A stretch of DNA of 64,000 nucleotides. Origin: Candidatus Poseidoniales archaeon. GTDB taxonomy: Archaea; Thermoplasmatota; Poseidoniia; Poseidoniales; Poseidoniaceae. The stretch's first letter is position 1. Each line of letters opens with the position of its first letter. Below, piece by piece: positions 1 through 8,163 of this stretch. Made by a program: the position numbers and the translations under genes. The DNA lies in NCBI GenBank assembly GCA_038106355.1, contig JAYODQ010000002.1:20244-84243 (forward strand), in the 5' to 3' direction. The notes under the pieces were generated by a model. It did not search any database. It had not been told where the DNA came from and worked only from the letters and a program-made list of their open reading frames with translations.

Positions 1-697
1 TTTCCGTGTTCACTTGCATGGACTAGTGCAGCAATTTCGTCTTCAATCGAATCTTTTCTTTCGGAGGTTTGACGAAGCAATTGAGCTGCTTGATACCAAC
101 GAACGGATTGATGATCAGTTTTTGCCTCCCATTGGCCTTCATCTTCTTGTCTGTCCGCCAAAAGAGCATCAACTTCTTCTTTCGACAAGTGTTGTAAAGC
201 CCAAGCAAGCACTGCAACTTGTTTCCCCATATCATCCACATAATATTCTGCTGTGACGTCATGACCTGCAAGACGGTGGAGTCGCACAAGTGTATCACCG
301 AGTATTGCATTTCGTGCTCGGCCAACATGGAATGGACCATTCGGATTTGCAGATGTATGTTCAATCAAAATGTGTTTCTTTTCAAGCATCGAGTTGGTGC
401 ATGAAGGAAGGTGTTCATACAGCCATGTATTTGATGCTCGAAAGTTTACATATCCATTCACTGCATTGCATTGGTGTATCGATTTCAATTTGGGAAATTC
501 AGCCGCAATTGTAAGAGCAATATCAATCGGATTTTTACTGAGAAGTTTCGATAACGGGAAACAAGGGAGGGTGATATCACCTTGACTCGATTCTCTTGAA
601 TTTTGAACCAATGGTAGCCAATGTTGTTCTTCGATGCCCAAATTTTCTAAAATTGGGCGAAGTTCATTGATGATGAGGGGTTTTAAACGGTTCATTG
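1..697 (-). CDS. argS: Arginyl-tRNA synthetase, N-terminal part (gene continues past the left window edge)
   Basis: Hand translation of the minus strand from ATG 697 stays open to position 1; it is absent from the ORF track because it has no in-window stop. Sequence: MNRLKPLIINELRPILENLG...SQGDITLPCFPLSKLLSKNPIDIALTIAAEF...NGYVNF...EHTSANPNGPFHVGRARNAILGD...YYVDDMGKQV. The HIGH-region variant and the YYVxDxGxQ motif are typical of ArgRS. Confidence 0.85.
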
Positions 698-704
698 TAA
701 GACC

Positions 705-1946
705 TCACATCAATGAATATCGAAGCAATGCAGCCATACCACCAAATCCTTGAAGCAATTGTGCTCCTTCTTCTGTGTCGTTTGATATAAATGAAATCGA
801 ACTATTGCTTTTTGCTGATAGGTTGGTAAATTCATCTATGAGGGATTCAGATTGGAGTTCGGTGATATCGGAATTTTTACACGATGAACAATTTGGCAAT
901 TCCTCGGTTCGACCAAGCGTCACTGTCCATTGATTGGAACAATTGTTGCACTTGAGTTCAATACGACTTTTTCGTAATCCCTCTGAGACAAGTAAGCGGT
1001 CAACTGCACCTTGCTCTAGTGCATTACGGACCATCATTTCACCATATGTTGCTTTTGGATGAGCCCGAGTAAGTTCTGCAAGAAATTGATTCATGAGTTG
1101 TCGTTCAGCGTCGAGTTCAATCTCGCCCATGAGTGATCCTGCATTTTCTACCAACTCTCGAATACCTGATTCGTTTGAATAGCCGACATCAAAGGTTGTT
1201 TTGGCAATTTTCTTGGCAATCTCGTGATGGAAATAATCATTCTTGACCACAAAATCCTTTGTTGCACCTGGCCCTCCAATGATAACTGCCTGAATGTTTT
1301 CCAGATGAGGTAACCAATATTCAGAAGCATGCTCGGTAGAACGTTTGAAAAAGTTGTGAGCTGCTTCTTCAATCAATCGTTCAAATCTCTGCGCAGATTG
1401 ACCTCCTTGTCTGTGCTTCCCCATGATATTGGAAGTCAAATGTTCCTGAACATGGATTCGTTTTCCTGTGGCAATCCCATACGCTGATTCTGAACGGTCG
1501 ATAACGAAAAGGGCATAGGATTTTTTATCAATGAGCATCTCCTCAAGTTGGGTTAATTCAAAGGTGGAATCGCACCGATATCGGAAGGACATGAGTTCTT
1601 GCGGTGGGTTTTCGACAACGATGTTCACCATTCTTGTTTTATTGTTCCCTACGATGATTGAGCCGACGAATATTGCAATACCGTGGTCCCCGGGCGTTTT
1701 GTAGCGGGACAAGGTTGAAATTGCTGACTCAATTGCCCCCTGAACGTTCTTTCGTGTTCCTTTTGACTTGATATTTGCAGCTTGGCCATGTTCATTTTGA
1801 AGCATGGTTCTCGCATCGTGAATTTGCCTGTCTGGGGGGATGATGAGCGTGACCAACTCTGTTCCAAAACCTCTCATTTCTCGAAGGTCCTCAAGGGCAA
1901 GTTTGAGTTTTAATCGGCGTGCAGATAACGATGCATCCTCCGACAT
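705..1946 (-). CDS. prf1: Peptide chain release factor aRF1
   Basis: NIKS motif (QAANIKSKGTRKNV), GGQ motif (HRQGGQSAQRFERL) and C-terminal FGGMAALLRY. The ORF opens at TTG 2000, but ATG 1946 (MSEDASLSARRLKLKLALEDL) fits family N-termini better. Confidence 0.93.
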   Translation of the reverse strand: MSEDASLSARRLKLKLALEDLREMRGFGTELVTLIIPPDRQIHDARTMLQNEHGQAANIKSKGTRKNVQGAIESAISTLSRYKTPGDHGIAIFVGSIIVGNNKTRMVNIVVENPPQELMSFRYRCDSTFELTQLEEMLIDKKSYALFVIDRSESAYGIATGKRIHVQEHLTSNIMGKHRQGGQSAQRFERLIEEAAHNFFKRSTEHASEYWLPHLENIQAVIIGGPGATKDFVVKNDYFHHEIAKKIAKTTFDVGYSNESGIRELVENAGSLMGEIELDAERQLMNQFLAELTRAHPKATYGEMMVRNALEQGAVDRLLVSEGLRKSRIELKCNNCSNQWTVTLGRTEELPNCSSCKNSDITELQSESLIDEFTNLSAKSNSSISFISNDTEEGAQLLQGFGGMAALLRYSLM

Positions 1947-2032
1947 GGTAGCCCCTAAACTCGACGGCAAAGCACAATCTCTTGAACCCTCCCCCACCAA
2001 ATGGGATTGAGACAGCGGATATTTGAAAGGAA

Positions 2033-2767
2033 ATGATGAAAGAGTGGCCTATTTGTGCGAAGTGTATGGGTGAAATCCAAGTCATCGCCTTGGGTGGAAG
2101 TCTGCTCCGCCCGGATTCTGACCACGACAGAAACCATTGGATTCAACAAATTCAGTCGATTTTGACTCAAGGTATTCAATCTGGATTCAAATTTGTTCTT
2201 GTCATCGGCGGTGGAGCCCCAGCGAGGGAATTTATCTCGATGGCACAGAGTTTTGTTTCGTCCTCGGAGCGACTCGACACGATTGGTATCGCAGCCACCA
2301 GACTTAATGCTACCTTGTTGCAACAAATTTTTACTTCGGGCGGACTAAATGTTTCGTCTGTCATTCCAACAGATGTGTCTCAGGTCAAACAAGAAATTGA
2401 GGGGAATGACATTGTGGTCATGGGGGGAACACATCCCGGCCAAACAACAGATACTGTAGCAGTTGAAGCGGCATGCCAGGTTCAAGCCTCTCACTGCCTT
2501 ATTGCAACAAATGTATCACATGTTTTTACCAAAGACCCAAGATATCATTCGGATGCGCAACCTTTCGCATCGCTCAGTCTTCATGATTTGCTTGCGTTGA
2601 ATGGAGATACACTCGAACCTGGAGCATCCACAGTTGTCGATCCTGTCGCCATCAAGAAGGCGATTGAAGGCCAAATGAAATTGCTTGTGTTGGATGGTAG
2701 AGACACAATGAGAATCCAGGCTGCAATTGATGGTCATGAATTCGAAGGGACGATTGTTGAACCTTGA
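2033..2767 (+). CDS. pyrH: UMP kinase (archaeal type)
   Basis: Amino-acid-kinase fold motifs: IALGGSLLRP, VLVIGGGAPAREFI, IGIAATRLNATLL, VVMGGTHPGQTTD. Alternative start at ATG 2066 (MGEIQVIALGGS). Confidence 0.85.
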   Translation: MMKEWPICAKCMGEIQVIALGGSLLRPDSDHDRNHWIQQIQSILTQGIQSGFKFVLVIGGGAPAREFISMAQSFVSSSERLDTIGIAATRLNATLLQQIFTSGGLNVSSVIPTDVSQVKQEIEGNDIVVMGGTHPGQTTDTVAVEAACQVQASHCLIATNVSHVFTKDPRYHSDAQPFASLSLHDLLALNGDTLEPGASTVVDPVAIKKAIEGQMKLLVLDGRDTMRIQAAIDGHEFEGTIVEP

Positions 2768-2776
2768 GGTGATGAA

Positions 2777-3052
2777 ATGGTTGATGCTCAAAAAGTGAAA
2801 ACAATGGTGAAAAATACAAGCAAAAATATTCTAAATTCTGCCCAAAAAGTTGCTCCTCACAAACATTGCCGCATTTGTCATGAAACCATTTCAGTCCAAG
2901 CCGAGCCACGCGTTTGTAAAAAACAAGAATGCATTGACAAAAATATCAAAGACGAAAAAAATCAGAAATCTGTTCGCCTTTGGATGTTTATCTTCTTTGG
3001 TTTCTTCGTTTTAGGCATTGTTGGACCAATGATTTTCAGAATTATCGGTTAA
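2777..3052 (+). CDS. Small tail-anchored protein with zinc-ribbon-like Cys pairs (hypothetical)
   Basis: 91 aa. GAGGTGA at 2766-2772 lies 4 nt before the ATG. CRIC...CKKQEC cysteine pairs are followed by one C-terminal TM helix (LWMFIFFGFFVLGIVGPMIF). No family recognised. Confidence 0.6.
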   Translation: MVDAQKVKTMVKNTSKNILNSAQKVAPHKHCRICHETISVQAEPRVCKKQECIDKNIKDEKNQKSVRLWMFIFFGFFVLGIVGPMIFRIIG

Positions 3053-3529
3053 CTCAACACCAACGCCCATAGAGCCTGCTGCTTCCACCTCACTGGCTCT
3101 TTCATGCAGTACTTTCATCGCCTCAGAAAGACTTGAAACTTGATTTGAATAGTGGACTGGAGGCCAGCCACAATGAACTACATCCTCGGATTTTTCCTCA
3201 ATCCATGCCTGACACACCAATTGATGACATTGCCCTTTTGCCGCATCGAAATCGATCCAAAATGTGCTTCTTCGGCAAGCTGGGCATTCTCGACACGATA
3301 ATGTGGTTCGAAGTTCAAACGCTTCTTCTCCTACGACATCGAGTACCCATTTGACGATACTCGCTGAATGAAATTTTTCTGACAATTCATGTTGTAAATG
3401 TGATGTAAGAACTTCCCATGCAACTTCTTCGGATGAAAAACAGCCCAATGCAGTGGTTTCATCAAACTTCGAAACAAGACTTGGAACGAAAACTTGCCCG
3501 AAAATCCCGCTCATAGCCAAAGGATTCAC
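3011..3529 (-). CDS. Hypothetical Cys/His-containing protein
   Basis: 172 aa; GTG start preceded by AGAGGT. Contains CRECPACRR...CHQLVC...HCGW. It is the last gene of a tightly packed minus-strand string (5976 down to 3011). No family recognised. Confidence 0.55.
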   Translation of the reverse strand: MNPLAMSGIFGQVFVPSLVSKFDETTALGCFSSEEVAWEVLTSHLQHELSEKFHSASIVKWVLDVVGEEAFELRTTLSCRECPACRRSTFWIDFDAAKGQCHQLVCQAWIEEKSEDVVHCGWPPVHYSNQVSSLSEAMKVLHERASEVEAAGSMGVGVELTDNSENHWSNNA

Positions 3530-3538
3530 TCTAACCTC

Positions 3539-3907
3539 TTAAGTTTGGTTTTGGTTTTGCCACAAGACTTCGATGTATGGAAGGCCACCGGGGTGGGGCA
3601 AGGGTGCATTTGGCTTTTCGATTCGAATCCAAATTTCTGCAACGATCGGGTCACTCTTGAGGTGCGTAATCACTTCTTCCGCAAGTAATTCCAGCAAGCG
3701 AATGGGTTGGGAATTGAGGAACACTTCATCGACAATGGATTGAATTCGACCGTAGTCAATGGTATGCACTAAATCACTGACATGAATTCCGCCAAGAAGA
3801 GTTATCTTCACTGAAACAATAAATGGTTGGGTTTGAAGATGTTCTTCATCAAAATAACCATGAATTGCATGAACTTCGTATCCGTCTAAACCAATCGAAG
3901 TTCGCAT
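3539..3907 (-). CDS. folB: 7,8-dihydroneopterin aldolase (FolB family)
   Basis: IGLDGYEVHAIHGYFDEEHLQTQPFIVSVKI...TIDYGRI...LLELLAEEV matches the FolB tunnel-fold pattern. ATG 3907 has AGGTGA 5 nt upstream; the ORF itself opens at GTG 3916. Confidence 0.75.
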   Translation of the reverse strand: MRTSIGLDGYEVHAIHGYFDEEHLQTQPFIVSVKITLLGGIHVSDLVHTIDYGRIQSIVDEVFLNSQPIRLLELLAEEVITHLKSDPIVAEIWIRIEKPNAPLPHPGGLPYIEVLWQNQNQT

Positions 3908-3916
3908 TGAATTCAC

Positions 3917-4231
3917 CTATTGGTCTTCTCGCTCATGAACCCAAATCAAATGATATCCAAATTTTGTTTTTACAGGATCCGAGGTTTCCTTCAACGGAGT
4001 TTGCCACACAGCAGCATCAAATTCTGGAACCATCTGACCTTGACGAAACCAACCTAAATCACCGCCTTTTTGACTTGAAGGGCAAGAGCTTTTTTTCCGC
4101 GCAATCTTTTCAAAATCTTTGAGTTTCCCAATCTTCTGTTTCAGTTGCACCGCCTCAGATTTTGATTCTACAAGAATATGTGACGCCCAGGCGCTTGGTT
4201 TGACCAAATTCATCTCCTCCTTTATCTTCAC
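3917..4231 (-). CDS. Parvulin-type peptidyl-prolyl cis-trans isomerase (PpiC)
   Basis: ASHILV...CPSSQKGGDLGWFRQGQMVPEFDAAVW...PVKTKFGYHLIWV is the parvulin rotamase signature. Alternative ATG at 4213. Confidence 0.85.
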   Translation of the reverse strand: MKIKEEMNLVKPSAWASHILVESKSEAVQLKQKIGKLKDFEKIARKKSSCPSSQKGGDLGWFRQGQMVPEFDAAVWQTPLKETSDPVKTKFGYHLIWVHEREDQ

Positions 4232-5976
4232 ATTTCAGGGTTGTAGGCTAAGTATCGCATGTACGTACCATAAATCGTGACTGAAACCCCAAGTGACTCT
4301 TCGTTGAATCGATCAAGAGTATCGAGATATGTATGGTATTCCCAACTACCACTTCCATAACACACGACGGCTCGACCTCTGTATGATTCGCCTAAATCAT
4401 ACACGAATGGACCGTGGTCGGAATTGTAAGGCATGCCGTTCGGCTCTCCTTTTGGCCCTTCAAGCAACAACGTGAGGATATCGTATTTATTGGCCACCTC
4501 TGGTCGTTCGTTTTTGTACAATTTCATGATTCGGACGATGTGGTCATAATCATCCTCGTTGTTGGTAAAGAGGGTAAGGCTGTTTCCTCTGTTTTCAAAA
4601 TCACCATCGACATGGTTCATATCTAAGTTGATGTACAATCGTAAATCTTGTTTCAAATCGGATTTGAATTTTTCAACATACGCCCTGCTTCCATACAATC
4701 CTTCTTCTTCGCCACCCCATGTGCAAAATCGAATTGTTCTGTCCGGTTTTCCGGTTTGGTTGACAATTGAACTTATTTGTCGAGCCATTTCAAGTACACT
4801 TGCACTTCCAGAGGTGTCATCAATCGCACCTTGGCCATGGTAAACGGTATCGTGATGGCCTCCAGCAATGATGACTTCGCTTGTTTTGCCTTCAATCTCA
4901 CCACATGGCACATACACGGTTCTTTGTTGGTCATTGGTCACATCGATGAGGAGTTCGACGACCGCATTTTGTGTGCCATTGAAGATAAGACTCTCGAATA
5001 TTTCACCTGCATCTTTTGACATAGCAATGAATGGAATATCGGTTGGAATTGAACCACCATTAGCCTCGGTAATTGAATCTATAGAGGAGCCTTTGAATAT
5101 AGGTACACAATCATTTGCTTCAATTTTTCCGCAATTGTAATCTTTATTCACTCGGAGAAGCCCTGCAAGGTCATTTTCTACCGCTTTTACGTACATTGCG
5201 GTGTTCCCGCTAATACTTCCACCGCTGCGAATGTAACCTATTGTTCCAGTTGCTTGCTGCCAAAGGTCTTCATCACTCCCGTTTCCCAAATCTGTGACTT
5301 GCACATCTTGATTGAAGGTATATTCGGATTGACCAGAGAATCCTTGAATCACATAATCGATACGATGTTGAAAAGAAGTGACTTGAGAACCAATGGATAA
5401 TGGACCATCACATGGGCTCAATCCTAATCCCCCACGGATGCAAATACGGAAACTTGGCTCGGCATTCACATGATGCATAGGGACCTCAAAAGGATGAAGG
5501 GTGCCTTTCATGCCCATAGCCTGAAACTCAGACAGAATATATTCGGAAACATTTCGCTCTTCGGAGGTACCACTCATTCTGCCTTCCCACTCTGGATGGC
5601 CAAAGGACACAAGATTTTCTGCAAATTGACGGGCAGAATCTTGATCGAAATCAATCAATTCGTAATCGTAATTTTCACCGAATCCAAGCCAAGCAGGTTT
5701 CACAATTAACACAGTACTTACAAGCATGATTGCAATTCCAAATGCGATCACTCCTCCTAAGGAAATTGGCCCAACAGCTGGCTCACCCAAACGTTGCTTC
5801 ATGACGGAAAATTTCGAACCATCGTGAACCGTAATGTTATCAATTTTTGACACTTCTACATCGGATTGGAGTAATCGTTCAATCAGTTCGGATTTGCTCC
5901 CCGAAACAGGCAGTCCTCTTTGCTTTGCCTCTGCACGAAGTTCTTGAACAGTAAATGCCACATAGCCTCCAGCCAT
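4228..5976 (-). CDS. Membrane-anchored M28 aminopeptidase with N-terminal SAP motif
   Basis: SAP motif FTVQELRAEAKQRGLPVSGSKSELIERLL, then one TM helix (ISLGGVIAFGIAIMLVSTVLIV), then the M28 core (IIAGGHHDTV, GAIDDTSGSASVLEMAR, WGGEEEGLYGS, DHGPF). GAGG lies 8 nt before the ATG. Confidence 0.85.
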   Translation of the reverse strand: MAGGYVAFTVQELRAEAKQRGLPVSGSKSELIERLLQSDVEVSKIDNITVHDGSKFSVMKQRLGEPAVGPISLGGVIAFGIAIMLVSTVLIVKPAWLGFGENYDYELIDFDQDSARQFAENLVSFGHPEWEGRMSGTSEERNVSEYILSEFQAMGMKGTLHPFEVPMHHVNAEPSFRICIRGGLGLSPCDGPLSIGSQVTSFQHRIDYVIQGFSGQSEYTFNQDVQVTDLGNGSDEDLWQQATGTIGYIRSGGSISGNTAMYVKAVENDLAGLLRVNKDYNCGKIEANDCVPIFKGSSIDSITEANGGSIPTDIPFIAMSKDAGEIFESLIFNGTQNAVVELLIDVTNDQQRTVYVPCGEIEGKTSEVIIAGGHHDTVYHGQGAIDDTSGSASVLEMARQISSIVNQTGKPDRTIRFCTWGGEEEGLYGSRAYVEKFKSDLKQDLRLYINLDMNHVDGDFENRGNSLTLFTNNEDDYDHIVRIMKLYKNERPEVANKYDILTLLLEGPKGEPNGMPYNSDHGPFVYDLGESYRGRAVVCYGSGSWEYHTYLDTLDRFNEESLGVSVTIYGTYMRYLAYNPEM

Positions 5977-6062
5977 TCAAGTCGCCTCAACACACTCCAC
6001 GTCATCCTTGTTGATGAACTGCATGGTTTGTGATGGTTCGGAAAATATTCCAGACTGTCTGG

Positions 6063-6638
6063 TTAAGAATCTATTTCATCTCCAGTCCATCGTTCTGAAA
6101 GTTCGATTTCAAGTCCGAGATGGTCCAAAATACGGGCAACGATGAAATCGATTAAATCCTCTATCGTTTTTGGATGGTGGTAAAAACCGGGCGATGCCGG
6201 AATGATGATGGTATCCCATGAAGATAATTTTGTCATATTTTCAAGGTGGACTGTCGCATAGGGTGCCTCTCGTGGTACGATAATCAATTTTCGACGTTCC
6301 TTCATGGCAACAATCGCCGACCGAGTAATCAGATTGTCGCTAATACCGGCTGCAAGTTTTCCGATGGTCGTTCCTGAACATGGACAAATGACAACTGCAT
6401 CAATTTTTGCAGAACCAGAAGCAGATTTCGCTGCAACATTTTCCGCATCCTCTAAAAATGCACCAGTTCGAGATGCTACTTCTTCGGGGGTAGTGTTACA
6501 TTCATGTTGCAGGGTTAACCTACCCGAATCAGAGACAACCAAACGCACCGCATGGTGATGTGATGTCAAAACTTCAACAAGGCGAATGCCATACGCTGCT
6601 CCGGAAGCCCCGGAGATACAGACTACATAGTCTCCCAT
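6063..6638 (-). CDS. ubiX: Flavin prenyltransferase UbiX/Pad1 family
   Basis: VVCISGASGAAYGIRLVEVL, VVICPCSGTTIGKLAAGISDNLITRSA and RRKLIIVPREAPY match the UbiX flavoprotein pattern. Confidence 0.88.
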   Translation of the reverse strand: MGDYVVCISGASGAAYGIRLVEVLTSHHHAVRLVVSDSGRLTLQHECNTTPEEVASRTGAFLEDAENVAAKSASGSAKIDAVVICPCSGTTIGKLAAGISDNLITRSAIVAMKERRKLIIVPREAPYATVHLENMTKLSSWDTIIIPASPGFYHHPKTIEDLIDFIVARILDHLGLEIELSERWTGDEIDS

Positions 6639-6685
6639 GCAGGAACGAGAGCGTTTTCCCTTTTATTGTGTTGTTCTTGGCTATG

Positions 6686-7318
6686 TTATTGTAACTCAAG
6701 CCATGCTAGGAAAATGACAACTGGAAGAGAATACAAGACAAATTTCTCAATGGTACTCGAACGATCCTTATCGGACAAGGCGGTTGGCGGGAGAACTTCA
6801 ATCGAAGAAGTAGTCCTCTTGACTCTGTTCATCGGAATTTCTTTTTCGATGTAACTCATGACATGGTTCCTCAAATCAGGATGACGACTCGATTTTGTTC
6901 CTCTTCCAACAATAAATCGAACCGGCGTCTGATTGGTAAGTTGCAATGAGGTTTTGACAACCCCACGAATATTCGATAAATTGTTCAAATCTATTCGCAA
7001 AGTCCTACCATCTGAATGTACATGGCTTATCGCCCTCCAATTCCCTTGACCTTCGTTGTATTCTTCAAGTAATTTTCTGGCTTTTTGGATTGGATTCACA
7101 TACTCAATGTCTGGAACCTGCCTCATTCCTAACAATGGCCCGAGGACAATAGCAAAAAGTATTGGGAAAAAGCAAAGCAACTGAAGATGTCGAAGCAAAT
7201 CTTCAGGTTTTGTAAGTGCAGAAACAACGGCTACTGAAAAACCGACGTAGAGTCCCAAAACGACTCCCGCTTGAATGCCAGTTGAAAATCCAACTCTTCG
7301 CATTGGCGGTCCTTGCAC
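6686..7318 (-). CDS. Membrane protein with C-terminal Smr-like domain
   Basis: Two N-terminal TM helices. LRIDLNNLSNIRG...VRFIVGRGTKSSRHPDLRNHVMSYIEKE then resembles Smr (xDLHG...IhGkGxhS...L...V), but has DLNN in place of DLHG. Assignment by eye only. Confidence 0.4.
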   Translation of the reverse strand: MQGPPMRRVGFSTGIQAGVVLGLYVGFSVAVVSALTKPEDLLRHLQLLCFFPILFAIVLGPLLGMRQVPDIEYVNPIQKARKLLEEYNEGQGNWRAISHVHSDGRTLRIDLNNLSNIRGVVKTSLQLTNQTPVRFIVGRGTKSSRHPDLRNHVMSYIEKEIPMNRVKRTTSSIEVLPPTALSDKDRSSTIEKFVLYSLPVVIFLAWLELQ

Positions 7319-7389
7319 AATGGCCCGATGGCTTCAACTCCTTTAGATTTCATGCTAAATGCAATATACTACAAAAATAGTGAAAAATT

Positions 7390-8163
7390 ATGGTGGAAAG
7401 AAACGGTCTTGAACATCGAGGCCGTGAGCAAAAGTTTGCCTTTTGGACCTCTCTGGTGATCGGCTTTTTCTTTCTTTCATTTTTTGTTGCACCATTTACA
7501 ATTGAGAAGGGTACGACTGGGGACCTTTCAGGAAATGCCAATTTGTTTGACTACGTTTCAGATGACGGGGGTTCATGGGGTAGTGGAGGAAATCAAAAAG
7601 CCGGCCCACATGAACATGAGGATGGAGAAATCGTGGAACATTCAGCATTTGCTTGGTCTGAGTTGAACATCTATGCCGCAATCATCTATGGGTTTGGAGA
7701 CCTAAATTGTCATCAAAAGCATGAACGAAGTTGGATTCTCAATGAAAATCAATTGCCAGTTTGTACAAGGGACATTGGGATTTTCTTCGGTTTATTTTTG
7801 GGTAGCGTTGCCTTTTATTTCCGAGGTATCAATCGCTGGACTGTTCGTGACACGTGCTTGTCATTGTATTCAGACCGATGGCTCAATTCCATCTACCTCA
7901 AAAATCGTCGAACTCTAGCGTGGTTACTCACAGGGGTTGTTCTCTGTTTACCTTTGATCTTTGATGGATTTTATCAACTCCTCACGGAGTATGAATCAAA
8001 TAATGCTGTCAGAATCATAACTGGTGTTCCTTTTGGATTTGGACTTGGCATTTTATTCTTGGGCATGTACTCAGCACGCTCACAGTATTTCGCAAGCGCA
8101 TCTGCTGTTCAACTCCCAGGTGGCGTGTCGTTTTCATTGGTGAAAAAAGAAGAATCAGACTGA
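7390..8163 (+). CDS. DUF2085-family integral membrane protein
   Basis: Multi-TM protein. NCHQKHERSWILNENQLPVCTRDIGIFFG matches the CHQ..RS...P.C.R..G signature of DUF2085. A His/Gly-rich loop lies near the N-terminus. Confidence 0.6.
   Translation: MVERNGLEHRGREQKFAFWTSLVIGFFFLSFFVAPFTIEKGTTGDLSGNANLFDYVSDDGGSWGSGGNQKAGPHEHEDGEIVEHSAFAWSELNIYAAIIYGFGDLNCHQKHERSWILNENQLPVCTRDIGIFFGLFLGSVAFYFRGINRWTVRDTCLSLYSDRWLNSIYLKNRRTLAWLLTGVVLCLPLIFDGFYQLLTEYESNNAVRIITGVPFGFGLGILFLGMYSARSQYFASASAVQLPGGVSFSLVKKEESD

Noticed and set aside
14-585. Five short ORFs (60-113 aa) on both strands in the first 600 nt.
   Set aside because: All lie inside a continuous minus-strand reading frame with clear ArgRS motifs that the ORF track omits because it has no in-window stop. 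Their translations are low-complexity and Cys/His-rich, typical of out-of-frame artefacts.
870-953. A CxxC...CxxC zinc-ribbon-like insert (KCNNCSNQWTVTLGRTEELPNCSSCKNS) in the aRF1 C-domain, considered as a possible novelty.
   Set aside because: To my recollection many archaeal aRF1 proteins carry a comparable Cys-pair mini-domain at this position, so it is probably a family feature. An alignment would confirm this.
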